Part shown: positions 42,443 to 53,161 of the stretch, piece after piece | How the letters are laid out: each line of letters opens with the position of its first letter | How positions within the stretch are numbered: the first letter of the stretch is position 1 | NCBI GenBank assembly: GCA_963675755.2 | Contig: CAXXMD010000002.1 | Span: 896,001-960,000 of the forward strand | Direction: 5' to 3' | Source: a bacterium | GTDB lineage: Bacteria > Zhuqueibacterota > Zhuqueibacteria > Residuimicrobiales > Krinioviventaceae | DNA length: 64,000 nt | Notes under the pieces: generated by a model | Database searches by the model: none | Told to the model about the DNA's origin: nothing | Seen by the model: only the letters and a program-made list of their open reading frames with translations | Made by a program: the position numbers and the translations under genes

Positions 42443-44822
42443 CAAAAAATATTCCAAGTTTGTTTTTTTCATCATTCCCACCTTTGTACTCTTGTTTTCA
42501 GGCTGTGCATATTATAACACGTTTTACAATGCAAAACAGTTTTATAAGGATGCAGAAAAAGACAGAATAGAACGTGAAAAAAAAATGGTAGTAGAGCTTA
42601 CCGAACAGGAAAAAGCAGAAAGAAAAAAAGCTGGTGAAGCAACGGTTAATGCATCTGAAAAACCCAGCCAACAGGAAATGCAAAACTATCAAAAAGCTAT
42701 TGAAAGGGCATCAAGAGTTTTAGAGTTTTATCCGGACAGCAAGTATGTAGATGATGCACTGATGTTGTTAGGAAGATGTTTTTACTACCGCCAGGAATAC
42801 CAAAAATCACAACGAAAATTTGAAGAGATAATGCAATTATATCCGGATAGTGATTTCATTCCGGAAGCAAAATTATTAATGGCAAAATGCAAATTGGGAT
42901 TAGAAGAATTTGATGAAGCAGAGACTCAATTCTTAAACTTGTCTATTGCGAAAAATACTCCCAAAGAAATTCAGGAAGAAGCTAAATTTGAGCTTGCCGG
43001 ATTATATTTTAAAAAACAAAGCTATGAACTTGCTGCTCAAAATTTTGCCAGTTCTGCTAAAGAGGCAGATGACAAACTCATTCGTGCCATGTCACTTTAT
43101 AGATTGGGTGAATGTAATATTGAATTGCAGGACTTTCAGGAAGCAATTAATCTTTTTAACCGATCTGCTAAAGAAAGCCCAAATGAAGAATTTAAATCTC
43201 AGGCAACATATAAACTTGGTGCCGCATATGGATTTGCACAAGAATATGACAATGCAATAGAAACATATGACAAGTTATTATCTACAGAATATGACGACAC
43301 TCGTATCCCAATGATTAAACTTGCTCTTGCTGAAAACCTTCAAAAAAAGGGTGAAATGGAAGAATCTGTAAACTGGTATCTGAATATTATTGAAGAACAT
43401 AAACGTACAGATGCTTCAGCACGAAGCTTTTATGCATTAGGGCTTATAGAAGAATATATCAACAAGGATTATCAAAGAGCAAAAGAAAACTATGATATGG
43501 TTCGTAGTGAATTTGCCAATTCTCTCATTGCACCGGATGCAAAAGACAGATCAGATAATATTAGATTATTATTGGATCTAAATAAAGAAATAGCCAAACT
43601 TGAAGGAAGATACGTAGAAACAGATTCTACGGAAGGCGAAGGTGATCCCAATCAAATGGCGGAACGAGATAAACGCGATGATGCCCCAATTAGCCTCTCC
43701 AGTGATGGGATGTGGATAAATTATGCCGGCAGACATCGTCCACCACCAACTTCATTACTGGACCTTACTGAAGAAGATTTAGAACGTTCAGCAATTGCGT
43801 CCCAAATGGCTGCAACAACCGATTCAACAGATTCAACAGGTGCCCAAATAGCTACAAAGCCGGCAGTACTTGACAGTGCCACGCTTGCAGAAATGAAAGC
43901 AAAGCAGGAAAAAGAAAAGATCTTTACCCTGGCTGAAAAACGAATGGCTCTTGCTGAAATATTATTTTTCAACTTTGACAAACCAGATTCAGCAGCCAGG
44001 TTGTACGAAACAATAATCGAAAATCAGGTTGATTCCTCTATTTCGACAAGTGCCATGTATTCTTTGGGCTATCTATACCAAAACATTCTTCAGGACTCTA
44101 TTAAAGCTGATTCAGTATTAAATTCACTTATTGTTTTTAATCCTGAAAGCGAGCAAGCCAAGGGCGCCAAGAAACTATTAGGTATACCCATTGTTGAAGA
44201 TAAAATAGATTCTGCATTTATCTTTTTTAAAAATGCAGAAAATGCATATTGGGAAGAAGAGAATCCTGATAAAGCGATCGAATTATACGAGTATGTAATT
44301 GAACATTATCCGGAATCCGAGTATGCCCCCAAATCAGCCTTTGCACGGGCATGGATGTATGAGAAAATTTTGATCCAGCCGGAACAAGCTCTCGAGTTAT
44401 ATAAAAACTTTGTTGAACAATGGCCTGAAACGGAATACACTCAAAAGATGATAAAACCCCGATTAGCGGCAGTTGATAATTATCTCAAAGCTGAAGAAGC
44501 AAAACAAAAAGCAATTGCCGACTCTATTGCCCAAGCTGAAGCAGCATTACAGGATTCATTAAATGCAGCGAATGGTGATTCATTAGCAGCTACCACAGTT
44601 GCAGATTCACTGGATACCAATTCTGTCAGTCAAAATGACAGCACAGTTGTTAATCAAGGTAAAAAATTACCATTACCTGCAAATGTAAATGCACAACAAC
44701 CCAGTGAAAATCAAACAGATGATAAACCTGCAGCCGAAGCAAAACCACCGGAAAATCAAGAGGTTCCGGCTTTACCACCTGCCAGTGATACCGCACCCAA
44801 AGATAAAGGGAAAACGAATTGA
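42435..44822 (+). CDS. TPR lipoprotein (PorW/SprE- or BamD-like)
   Basis: Lipobox FSGC-AYYNTFYNA, YPDS repeats, many TPRs, low-complexity tail. Confidence 0.7.
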   Translation: MLDKKYSKFVFFIIPTFVLLFSGCAYYNTFYNAKQFYKDAEKDRIEREKKMVVELTEQEKAERKKAGEATVNASEKPSQQEMQNYQKAIERASRVLEFYPDSKYVDDALMLLGRCFYYRQEYQKSQRKFEEIMQLYPDSDFIPEAKLLMAKCKLGLEEFDEAETQFLNLSIAKNTPKEIQEEAKFELAGLYFKKQSYELAAQNFASSAKEADDKLIRAMSLYRLGECNIELQDFQEAINLFNRSAKESPNEEFKSQATYKLGAAYGFAQEYDNAIETYDKLLSTEYDDTRIPMIKLALAENLQKKGEMEESVNWYLNIIEEHKRTDASARSFYALGLIEEYINKDYQRAKENYDMVRSEFANSLIAPDAKDRSDNIRLLLDLNKEIAKLEGRYVETDSTEGEGDPNQMAERDKRDDAPISLSSDGMWINYAGRHRPPPTSLLDLTEEDLERSAIASQMAATTDSTDSTGAQIATKPAVLDSATLAEMKAKQEKEKIFTLAEKRMALAEILFFNFDKPDSAARLYETIIENQVDSSISTSAMYSLGYLYQNILQDSIKADSVLNSLIVFNPESEQAKGAKKLLGIPIVEDKIDSAFIFFKNAENAYWEEENPDKAIELYEYVIEHYPESEYAPKSAFARAWMYEKILIQPEQALELYKNFVEQWPETEYTQKMIKPRLAAVDNYLKAEEAKQKAIADSIAQAEAALQDSLNAANGDSLAATTVADSLDTNSVSQNDSTVVNQGKKLPLPANVNAQQPSENQTDDKPAAEAKPPENQEVPALPPASDTAPKDKGKTN

Positions 44823-45634
44823 CAGTAAAGAAAAAAGCAATACCTGTTCCCATTGTTGATATCAAAGAAACAGCTCTGGATACATTTCAATTCACACTTC
44901 TTGATCCTGAAATTGCTCAAAATTCACATTCAGGACAATTTGTAAACATTTCTATTAAAAACATTCCCAATTTGTTATGGCGAAGACCGTTAGGGATACA
45001 CCAATGTGATCCTAAAAAGGGTACATTTGACATATTATTCAAAGCAATTGGTAGAGGCACCAAAGCAATTTCCCAGTTAAAAAAAGGTGATATGCTTGAT
45101 ATTCTTGGCCCCCTGGGTAACACATTTGATTACCCGGAAAATTTAAATGAGGTTATAATTGTTGCTGGAGGTTTAGGGATAGCTCCGTTTGTACTCATGC
45201 TGCAGGACATAGAAGACCGTAATATTGCCTCCACCCTTTTCTTTGGTGTTAAAACCGCAAAAGAATTGTGCTGTATAGATGTATTTAAATCCTTTAATAC
45301 AGATATACATATTTCCACAGAAGATGGTACTTTGGGTGACAAAGGACTCGTCACCTCTGGTCTTGAGCAATATTTATCTACTCTTTCTACAGTGCAAGGA
45401 AAACAGTTGTATGTGTGCGGCCCTACTCCAATGCTAAAAGCTGTAAAAGAAATTGCTGAAAAATACAACATTAATGCCCAGGTATCAATGGAAACTATAA
45501 TGGCTTGTGGATTTGGTGCCTGTATGGGTTGTCCGGTTCCACTTGCAAACCCCACTGAAGAAGGCAAAGATTATTTGCTTGCCTGTAAAGATGGACCTGT
45601 ATTTAACATGAAAGATATAATCATAAATGAGTGA
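44819..45634 (+). CDS. pyrK: dihydroorotate dehydrogenase electron transfer subunit
   Basis: RRPL, GPLGN, AGGLGIAP, CGPTPML, MACGFGACMGC, CKDGPVF. Confidence 0.92.
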   Translation: MTVKKKAIPVPIVDIKETALDTFQFTLLDPEIAQNSHSGQFVNISIKNIPNLLWRRPLGIHQCDPKKGTFDILFKAIGRGTKAISQLKKGDMLDILGPLGNTFDYPENLNEVIIVAGGLGIAPFVLMLQDIEDRNIASTLFFGVKTAKELCCIDVFKSFNTDIHISTEDGTLGDKGLVTSGLEQYLSTLSTVQGKQLYVCGPTPMLKAVKEIAEKYNINAQVSMETIMACGFGACMGCPVPLANPTEEGKDYLLACKDGPVFNMKDIIINE

Positions 45635-46538
45635 TTTAAAAGTCAAGATTGGTAGTATGGAAATGGCAAACCCGGTCTCGGTTGCCAGTGGTACATTTGG
45701 ATATGCGGAAGAATTTAAAGATTTTTTTGATCTCAATGCACTGGGTGCAATTATAACCAAAACTGTTACCATTGAACCCAGACCAGGCAATGCTCCCACA
45801 CGAATTGCGGAAACTTCTGGTGGTATGCTCAACTCTATCGGATTGCCCAATGTGGGTGTAAATCAATTTATCAAAGATAAAATGCCTTTTTTACAAACGC
45901 TTACCACAAAGATTATAGTAAATGTTGCCGGAAAAACCGATAAAGACTATCCTGAGATTGTATCTATTCTGAATGATGTCCCGGGTATTGATGCTTATGA
46001 GCTCAACTATTCCTGCCCTAATGTTAAAGAAGGCGGACTCTCCTTTAGTGCAAATCCTCAAGTTGCAGAAGCAGTCACTCAAAATGTAAGAAAACAAACT
46101 ACTCGTCCTATAATCGCCAAACTTACACCCAATGTAACATCCATTGGAGAAATTGGACGTGCTGTTGAAAACGGTGGTGCCGATGCAGTAAGCGCTATCA
46201 ACACACTGGTTGGCATGGCAATAGATATTAGGACTCGTAAACCCAAAATATCAACAGTAACTGCGGGTTATTCAGGACCGTCAATTAAACCCATTGCTCT
46301 TGCTAAAGTTTATGAACTCTATAATTCAATTTCCATTCCTATAATGGGAATTGGCGGTATTGAAAATACTACCGATGCCCTTGAATTTATGATGGCTGGA
46401 GCCTCAGCTATTCAGGTCGGTACAGCGAATTTTTACAATCCTCTTGCTTCTTTTGAAATAACCCAGGGATTAGAAACCTGGTGCAAGGAACAAAATATTA
46501 CTCAACTATCTCAACTAACCGGTTCATTATTACCATAA
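45627..46538 (+). CDS. pyrD: dihydroorotate dehydrogenase 1B catalytic subunit
   Basis: ASGTFG, GMLNSIGL.N, ELNYSCPNV, KLTPN, INTL. Confidence 0.95.
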   Translation: MSDLKVKIGSMEMANPVSVASGTFGYAEEFKDFFDLNALGAIITKTVTIEPRPGNAPTRIAETSGGMLNSIGLPNVGVNQFIKDKMPFLQTLTTKIIVNVAGKTDKDYPEIVSILNDVPGIDAYELNYSCPNVKEGGLSFSANPQVAEAVTQNVRKQTTRPIIAKLTPNVTSIGEIGRAVENGGADAVSAINTLVGMAIDIRTRKPKISTVTAGYSGPSIKPIALAKVYELYNSISIPIMGIGGIENTTDALEFMMAGASAIQVGTANFYNPLASFEITQGLETWCKEQNITQLSQLTGSLLP

Positions 46539-46552
46539 ATTTTATAAAAACA

Positions 46553-46996
46553 ATGAAATTATTCAGGAATCGTTTTCATTTCTTGTTATTTTTTATTATA
46601 ATACCAAGTGTATTTTGTGTTCCGGATCCTAGGTATAGAGCGAATAGCAGTTTAGTATCCGAACCGACAAATCAAAAGCAGTCTTTTCAATCAAAAATAT
46701 ATGAGCGTGGTACTGCATCATATATGGGTAAAGAATTGAATGGGCGCAAGACCGCCAATGGTGAATCATACAATATGTGGGCAATGGCAGCCGCACATAA
46801 AAAACTTCCATTCGGAACCATTGTACAGGTAAAAAATCTAAAAAATAACAAAACAGTCAATGTACGAATTAACGACAGAGGGCCGTTTGTTAGAGGCCGT
46901 GTAATTGATGTTACATATGCCGCGGCTAAAAAACTTGATTTCGTCAATGACGGACTTGCTGAGGTAGAGTTGTATATTGTTCAACCCGTCCAGTAA
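46553..46996 (+). CDS. rlpA: septal ring lytic transglycosylase RlpA family protein
   Basis: GTASYMG, TANGE.Y, AAHKKLPFGT, VRINDRGPF. Confidence 0.88.
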   Translation: MKLFRNRFHFLLFFIIIPSVFCVPDPRYRANSSLVSEPTNQKQSFQSKIYERGTASYMGKELNGRKTANGESYNMWAMAAAHKKLPFGTIVQVKNLKNNKTVNVRINDRGPFVRGRVIDVTYAAAKKLDFVNDGLAEVELYIVQPVQ

Positions 46997-47012
46997 TGGA
47001 CCCGGAGGAATT

Positions 47013-47840
47013 TTGAATTACAAAGATTTTCTTGTTCGGTTTATTGTTGCCCTTGTTATGGGACCATTATTAATAGCTACATTTTATTTCGGTAAAATCT
47101 ATCTACTTATTTTTGTAACCCTAGTTACCTGGTTCTCCCTAAAAGAATTTTTTGACATGTCACGTAACAAAGAGGTTTACGGGCAACTGATAATTGGCGG
47201 TGCTTCTGCTCTGATTATCCTTATATCCATCTATTACCACTCTCCCGAAGCAATAGCAACATTTGTTCTCATGTCAATTATTGCTATTTTCTTTAAAGAA
47301 TTATACCAAAAACAGGGATCTCCCCTATTAAATGCATCCGTAACCTTGTTCGGCACCCTGTTTCTCAGCTTTTTACTTGGAAGTTTTATTTTATTACGCC
47401 AACTCCCCTTATACAAAGGCATTCCATACAATTGGGGTGGCGGTTGGCTGGTTATGATCTTGTTAACGACATGGTTATGTGATACTGCTGCATACGTTCT
47501 GGGTTCCATGTTCGGCAAACACAAACTGATAAAACGCATCAGTCCAAATAAATCTATTGAAGGTTCAGCTGCGGGATTTGTTTTCTCCATAGTTGGCGTA
47601 TTAATCTGCCATTTCTGGTTCGTTCACGGTCTTGAGCTTAAAGATTCTATCTTTATTGGTGCTATAATTGGTAGTTTTGGTCAATATGGTGATCTGTTTG
47701 AATCCATGATTAAACGCGACGCAGGTGTTAAAGACTCATCAAACTTGATTCCAGGGCATGGTGGTGTTTATGACAGATTTGACAGCTTGATGGTCTCTAC
47801 ACCCATTATTTACATCTATTTAAATTTCTATGCCCTGTAA
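47013..47840 (+). CDS. cdsA: phosphatidate cytidylyltransferase
   Basis: DTAAY, ISPNKSIEG, GDLFESMIKR.AGVKDS, PGHGG..DRFDS; TTG start after GGAGG. Confidence 0.93.
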   Translation: MNYKDFLVRFIVALVMGPLLIATFYFGKIYLLIFVTLVTWFSLKEFFDMSRNKEVYGQLIIGGASALIILISIYYHSPEAIATFVLMSIIAIFFKELYQKQGSPLLNASVTLFGTLFLSFLLGSFILLRQLPLYKGIPYNWGGGWLVMILLTTWLCDTAAYVLGSMFGKHKLIKRISPNKSIEGSAAGFVFSIVGVLICHFWFVHGLELKDSIFIGAIIGSFGQYGDLFESMIKRDAGVKDSSNLIPGHGGVYDRFDSLMVSTPIIYIYLNFYAL

Positions 47841-47843
47841 AAA

Positions 47844-48002
47844 TTACATTTTTTGAAAATCAGATTTTGCAGCTCCACAAACGGGACATTCCCAATCTTC
47901 AGGAATATCTTCAAATTTAGTTCCGGGTTCAATTCCGCTATCCGGGTCACCACTCTCTGGATCATAAACATAACCGCATTGTGTACAAATATACTTTTCC
48001 AT
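47844..48002 (-). CDS. rubredoxin (52 aa, absent from the ORF track)
   Basis: Manual translation [52 protein letters not shown]. Confidence 0.95.
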   Translation of the reverse strand: MEKYICTQCGYVYDPESGDPDSGIEPGTKFEDIPEDWECPVCGAAKSDFQKM

Positions 48003-48059
48003 AGTTTCATCCTCTGTTTTTTGAATTCTGTATATTTAATATTAATTAAATCAAAAGAA

Positions 48060-48719
48060 TTATTCAATAAAATTCTTATCACTTAAAACTTGAGAGTTTA
48101 TCAATTCTTCAAGTTTGTCCTTAAACATCCCCAAATGAATACCATCAACAAACATGTGATTTACCTGAATATTATAAGGCAAAAGCACCTTGTTATCTCT
48201 TGAATAATATTTACCCCAGGAAATTCGAGGAATTGCATCTTCCTGCTTCATATTTATTGTGTGATCAATACTGGTAAACGATATCCATGGAATTGCAGAG
48301 TAGAATACAAAATCATCACGATTTATAAAATCCTGAACTTTAAAATATTCTTTTTGATTTTCAGCTTTATCTTTGGCAGATTGTACAAATTCAATTAATT
48401 CGGTACACATTTCTACTGTAACCATTTTAAACAAATCAGAGCCTTTGTCAATATGAGCAAAAGACGGAGTTAAAATCTCATGTAAAATGACTTTATCTTT
48501 TCTTAGACGATATCTAAAATTTTCAATGTCATTTAGTGCTTTTGTTGAAAAATAAACAAGTACAAGATTTAAGGATAGGTTATTGGCTTTTGTAAAGTCT
48601 AATAAATTTGTAATATCCATATCGAAACAAATATTATAAAGAGGATATGCAACATTTCTAAAAAAATTAAAATGTTCTTTACGACGCCAGGTATCAATGT
48701 TTATTTCTTGCATGTTCAT
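48060..48719 (-). CDS. CatA-like O-acetyltransferase (chloramphenicol acetyltransferase family)
   Basis: W.RKEHF.FF, S.IPWISFTS, WGKY, catalytic HMFVDG.H. Confidence 0.85.
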   Translation of the reverse strand: MNMQEINIDTWRRKEHFNFFRNVAYPLYNICFDMDITNLLDFTKANNLSLNLVLVYFSTKALNDIENFRYRLRKDKVILHEILTPSFAHIDKGSDLFKMVTVEMCTELIEFVQSAKDKAENQKEYFKVQDFINRDDFVFYSAIPWISFTSIDHTINMKQEDAIPRISWGKYYSRDNKVLLPYNIQVNHMFVDGIHLGMFKDKLEELINSQVLSDKNFIE

Positions 48720-48853
48720 ATTCCTATAGAGGAAATTTTCCTAAATTAAAATTAAATAAATGAGATTTGCACATGATTAAATATAAATTTATGATAAATT
48801 GGCAGGAATCAAAACAATAAAATTAAAAGTAGGAAGAAAATGAATGGTATGGC

Positions 48854-48888
48854 TAAAACCTTCCCGGAATGAATTCGGGAAGGTTTTA
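48854..48888 (-). terminator. intrinsic terminator after the PfpI gene
   Basis: TAAAACCTTCCCGGA-atgaa-TTCGGGAAGGTTTTA. Confidence 0.75.
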
Positions 48889-48893
48889 ATAAA

Positions 48894-49418
48894 TTAATTT
48901 TCAAAAAACGTAATAATTGCTTTACAATAATCGGGTAAATCATCTGGTCTGCGGCTTGAAATCATGTTCCTGTCCACAACAACCGGTTCATCTACCCACT
49001 CTGCTCCAGCATTTGTAATATCATCTTTAATGCCGGGAGTTGAAGTACAACGATAACCATTCATAATACCAGCGGATATCGTTATCCATCCTGCATGACA
49101 AATATGGGCAATAAGCAGATTCTTTTCATGAAAATATCGTACTGTATCTAAAACTTTATCAAAGCGACGCAACTGGTCAGGTGCAAATCCACCGGGTATC
49201 ACAAGTCCATCATAGTCCTCGGGTTTAATATCATATATAGAAATATCTGATTTACAAGGATAACCATGTTTACCATCATAAACAACACCAGCCTCAGGGC
49301 CTGCTACAATTACGCTTGCTCCCTCTTCAATCAATCGAATTTTGGGGTACCACAATTCAAGATCTTCATAAATATGATCTACAAACATTAGAATCTTTTT
49401 ATTCTTTAATTTAGACAC
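48894..49418 (-). CDS. DJ-1/PfpI family (type 1 glutamine amidotransferase-like) protein
   Basis: YEDLELWYP, PGGFAPD, ICHAG, SRRPDDL; GTG start after AAGGAG. Confidence 0.9.
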   Translation of the reverse strand: MSKLKNKKILMFVDHIYEDLELWYPKIRLIEEGASVIVAGPEAGVVYDGKHGYPCKSDISIYDIKPEDYDGLVIPGGFAPDQLRRFDKVLDTVRYFHEKNLLIAHICHAGWITISAGIMNGYRCTSTPGIKDDITNAGAEWVDEPVVVDRNMISSRRPDDLPDYCKAIITFFEN

Positions 49419-49475
49419 AATGTTCTCCTTTATATAATTTAAACATTGTAACAGGGAGCATTGTATAAACATTTC

Positions 49476-49505
49476 AAAAAAAAAGCCGTTCAAAGTTGAA
49501 CGGCT
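49476..49505 (-). terminator. intrinsic terminator after the TIGR00266 gene
   Basis: AGCCGTTCA-loop-TGAACGGCT followed by a long T-run on the minus strand. Confidence 0.8.
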
Positions 49506-49511
49506 AAAAAA

Positions 49512-50300
49512 TCAATCACCACCTATTAAATCACCTATGCCACCTAGTATCGATCCTTCACCTTTTCGGTTACCTCCTGCAGCAGGGGCGCTTTTGATAA
49601 TACGGTCAGCAAGTCTTGAGAATGGTAAACTTTGCAGGTATACAGTACCAGTTCCACGTAATGTAGCAAGGAATAATCCTTCACCACCAAAGAACATGGA
49701 TTTCAAATTACCAGCACGTTGAATGTCGTAATCCAATCCTGAAGAAAACGCAGCTATACAACCCGTGTCTACCATAATAACATCATTGTTTAATTGTTTT
49801 TTTACAATGGTTCCACCAGCATGAACAAATGCCATTCCATCACCTCTCAGGCGCTGCAAAATAAATCCTTCACCGCCAAAGAAACCAGTACCCAATCTTT
49901 TTGTAAATGCTATACTTACTTCTGTTCCAAGTGCAGCACAAAGAAACGCATCTTTTTGACAAATCAACTCACCACCAATGGTAGCCATATCAATGGGGAT
50001 AATTTTACCAGGATAAGGAGCAGCAAAAGCAACCTTTTTCTTACCGGAACCTGTATTGGTAAAATGAGTCATAAAAATGGATTCGCCGGTAATGGTACGT
50101 TTAGCAACATCTAAAAGTTTACCCATTACACCCTGATCAGCTTTAGAACCATCACCCATTTTAGCTTCAAAACTGATTCCACTGTCCATCCAGTTCATTG
50201 CACCTGCTTCGGCAATTACAGTTTCATTGGGATCAAGTTCTACCTCAACCACCTGTAAATCATCGCCAATAATCTCATAATCAATTTCATGACATTTCAT
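49512..50300 (-). CDS. TIGR00266/AIM24 family protein
   Basis: [38 protein letters not shown]. Confidence 0.9.
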   Translation of the reverse strand: MKCHEIDYEIIGDDLQVVEVELDPNETVIAEAGAMNWMDSGISFEAKMGDGSKADQGVMGKLLDVAKRTITGESIFMTHFTNTGSGKKKVAFAAPYPGKIIPIDMATIGGELICQKDAFLCAALGTEVSIAFTKRLGTGFFGGEGFILQRLRGDGMAFVHAGGTIVKKQLNNDVIMVDTGCIAAFSSGLDYDIQRAGNLKSMFFGGEGLFLATLRGTGTVYLQSLPFSRLADRIIKSAPAAGGNRKGEGSILGGIGDLIGGD

Positions 50301-50325
50301 TCAACAATCTCCTGTATTTATATTT

Positions 50326-51309
50326 TTATTTTAAAAACAGAGTAGCATCACCTAAACTAAAAAAACGATATTTTTCTTCAACTGCACACTCGTAAGCTGC
50401 TTTAACATTTTCCCAGCCATAAAAAGCACTTACCAGTAGTATCAGCGTAGATTTTGGCAAGTGAAAATTGGTGAACAATCCTTTTATTGGTAATTTAAAA
50501 TCAAATCCGGGGTAAATAAACATATCAGAAAATTCTGATTTTGCTTCCACCCTGCCGGTTTGACGAGCAGAAGACTCGATTGCCTTCAAAGCTGTGGTAC
50601 CCACAACAAACAGTCTCTTTGCATTATTTATCGAATCTGCAGCATCCTGATCAATAATATAATATTCCGGTTCCATCTTGTGCTCGGTAATATTGGGATC
50701 CCTAACCGGCAGAAATGTGCCAAAGCCAACATGCAATGTTACATAAACGATTTTAACACCTTTATCACTAATTTGTTGTAACAACTCGGGAGTAAAATGT
50801 AATCCCGAAGTGGGAGCTGCAAGTGATCCGGGTTCATCAGCATATACCGTTTGGTACTCGTCTCCTACTGTTCTTTTAATATAAGGTGGATTAGGATACA
50901 AATGCTGATCAATTACCGATTGCAATTTCTCTTTAAATTCAACAAAAAATATATCATTTTCCTGATCAACCACTTTGACATGGTGACCATCAAAAATAAA
51001 CTCGTTTCCAATCCTGACTTTTGAACACTGAATACGTGCTTTGGCAACATGTTCATCAATTGGAGCCATAACAATCATTTCTGCTTTTGCTCCGGTAACT
51101 TTATTACCAACAAGTTTATTTTTCAAAACACGGGTTTTATTCAGTACAAGTACATCATCTTTTTGTAAATAATTTATAGAATCATAAAAATGAGCATGTT
51201 TTTGAGTTTTACCCTGAACGACCAAAAGCCGGGAATGACTGCGTGGTGTTACAGCAGTCTGTGCAATCAATTCTTCAGGAAGGTTGTAATTAAAATCATC
51301 CAGTTTCAT
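50326..51309 (-). CDS. queA: S-adenosylmethionine:tRNA ribosyltransferase-isomerase
   Basis: LPEELIAQ, PPYI, YQTVYA, AAPTSGLHFT, TLHVG.GTF, TNFHLPKSTL, YRFFS.GD. Confidence 0.95.
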   Translation of the reverse strand: MKLDDFNYNLPEELIAQTAVTPRSHSRLLVVQGKTQKHAHFYDSINYLQKDDVLVLNKTRVLKNKLVGNKVTGAKAEMIVMAPIDEHVAKARIQCSKVRIGNEFIFDGHHVKVVDQENDIFFVEFKEKLQSVIDQHLYPNPPYIKRTVGDEYQTVYADEPGSLAAPTSGLHFTPELLQQISDKGVKIVYVTLHVGFGTFLPVRDPNITEHKMEPEYYIIDQDAADSINNAKRLFVVGTTALKAIESSARQTGRVEAKSEFSDMFIYPGFDFKLPIKGLFTNFHLPKSTLILLVSAFYGWENVKAAYECAVEEKYRFFSLGDATLFLK

Positions 51310-51316
51310 GTATAGC

Positions 51317-51997
51317 TTATCCTAAAATTTCCAGTAAACGTTCAGTATCAGTCAGATCTTTGAAAACAAAATCGGGTTCATGTTCTTCAAGTTGTGCTAC
51401 CGTATAATGAGCGGCTCCAACAGCAATTGAAACAGCATCATGAGGTTTTGCGCAATGAATATCAGCCGGGGTATCACCAATTACATATACATCACGTGGA
51501 TCTGGCTCAAGCTTGTATTGCTGCTTAAAACGATCAATTGCAAATGGTAACAATTCATTACGTATTCCGGAATCATCAGCAAAGGCACCAAATGAAAAAT
51601 AATCATTCAAACCAAAATAGTTAATTTTTATACGTCCACTTTGCTGCCAGTTGCCGGTTAATAGCCCAAGATACACATCATCACGTTCTGCCAACTTGGG
51701 CAACAATGCTTCAATTCCGGGCATGAGATATTTGTCACCAATAGGTTTTTGAATCTCTTCTTTTAAATAATTATAATAACATTCTTTATAGGATTTAAAA
51801 ACGGACTGATCAAATGGAATTGAAAATTTCACTAAAGCATCCTCAATAATAGAGGTATCTGTCCGACCAGCTAAATTTATTCCTGCAAGAGCATCTTTAA
51901 CATGATACACATCAAGAAATGCTTTATTCATAGCACGTAATCCAGCACCACCACTTAACATGAGTGTACCGTCTATATCAAATAATAAAACTTTCAT
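51317..51997 (-). CDS. HAD family hydrolase
   Basis: LFDIDGTL, LLTGN, IGDTPAD. Confidence 0.88.
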   Translation of the reverse strand: MKVLLFDIDGTLMLSGGAGLRAMNKAFLDVYHVKDALAGINLAGRTDTSIIEDALVKFSIPFDQSVFKSYKECYYNYLKEEIQKPIGDKYLMPGIEALLPKLAERDDVYLGLLTGNWQQSGRIKINYFGLNDYFSFGAFADDSGIRNELLPFAIDRFKQQYKLEPDPRDVYVIGDTPADIHCAKPHDAVSIAVGAAHYTVAQLEEHEPDFVFKDLTDTERLLEILG

Positions 51998-51998
51998 A

Positions 51999-52781
51999 TT
52001 ACATTCCCATAAAATACATGATTATATTCTTGCCCAACAACAATTGCACGGCAATAATAAATACCAGAACATAAATTATCTTTGTAAATAATTCCTGAGG
52101 TATTTTGTTATTTAGCCAAACACCCAACTTTACGCCAAAGGGTATAAAAACAATAAACAACAATCCGGTTTTAAAGGACTGCCAGGTTATCAAATCTATT
52201 ACCAGATAACCGGGTACTTTGAGTAAATTGACAACCGCAAAGAATAAAGCCATGGTAGCAACAAAAGTACGCTTGGGTAAATTTTGCGGTAGCAAGAACA
52301 TGGTAATAACAACACCGGCAGAATGAGCAATAGCAGAAAGAAAACCGGCAAGCATACCCGCTAAAAGTCCATGCCACCATTTAGGTTGGTATTGAGATTG
52401 ATTCCCTATACGTGAACGCAGTGTCTGCAATATCAAAAATCCAATGGCAACAAATCCAATGGTTCTTTTTAATTCAACATCAGAGATTACATCAACAAAC
52501 ATGGTGCCCAGGATAATACCAAAAACAGCACCGGGTATTAATCGTTTCAGATTTTTCAAATCCCATTCGCCGCGATAATGATATATGGTAAACCAATCCG
52601 CAATGATCAACAGGGGTAATAAAAAACCAACGACCAGCTTTGCGGGGAAAACCATGCTCAACAGAGGTGTGGTAACAAGTCCAACGCCACCGCCAAAACC
52701 TGCTTTAGACATTCCAACAAGAATCACAGCAAGTGCAGGCAATAATATACATATATACAAAGGATAATCACAAGTTAGCAT
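51999..52781 (-). CDS. sulfite exporter TauE/SafE family membrane protein
   Basis: SKAGFGGG, LLPLLIIAD, HSAG, NLLKVP. Confidence 0.85.
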   Translation of the reverse strand: MLTCDYPLYICILLPALAVILVGMSKAGFGGGVGLVTTPLLSMVFPAKLVVGFLLPLLIIADWFTIYHYRGEWDLKNLKRLIPGAVFGIILGTMFVDVISDVELKRTIGFVAIGFLILQTLRSRIGNQSQYQPKWWHGLLAGMLAGFLSAIAHSAGVVITMFLLPQNLPKRTFVATMALFFAVVNLLKVPGYLVIDLITWQSFKTGLLFIVFIPFGVKLGVWLNNKIPQELFTKIIYVLVFIIAVQLLLGKNIIMYFMGM

Positions 52782-52794
52782 AAATCCCGGTCTC

Positions 52795-52977
52795 CTACAA
52801 AGAACGTAAAAATCGCATTAAAAGTTGTATCAAAGGCCAGGCAAAAATCAAAACCAGCAAAATAGCAACCCACTTGACTACAGATTTTTGTTTGGGTATT
52901 TCGTATTGACATATAGGACAAACGTCATTAGAATCATCAATATCAACTCCGCATGACGGGCACTCTCTCATTGCCAT
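52795..52977 (-). CDS. small zinc-ribbon membrane protein
   Basis: CPSCG...CPICQYE followed by a TM helix; AAGGAG RBS. Confidence 0.75.
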   Translation of the reverse strand: MAMRECPSCGVDIDDSNDVCPICQYEIPKQKSVVKWVAILLVLIFAWPLIQLLMRFLRSL

Positions 52978-53161
52978 ATAAACTCCTTGATAGAAAAAGT
53001 TTAACATACATAATTTGCGTGTAAATCTCAAGATAAAAGTCCTTACAAGATGTTTGTTCAAGAATTAACAAACAAGAAATATGAAAAACATATCAAGTGT
53101 TGACAATTGAGTAACAATTCTTTATATTGGCAACGCAACAAAACAAAACCCGAGGAAACGT

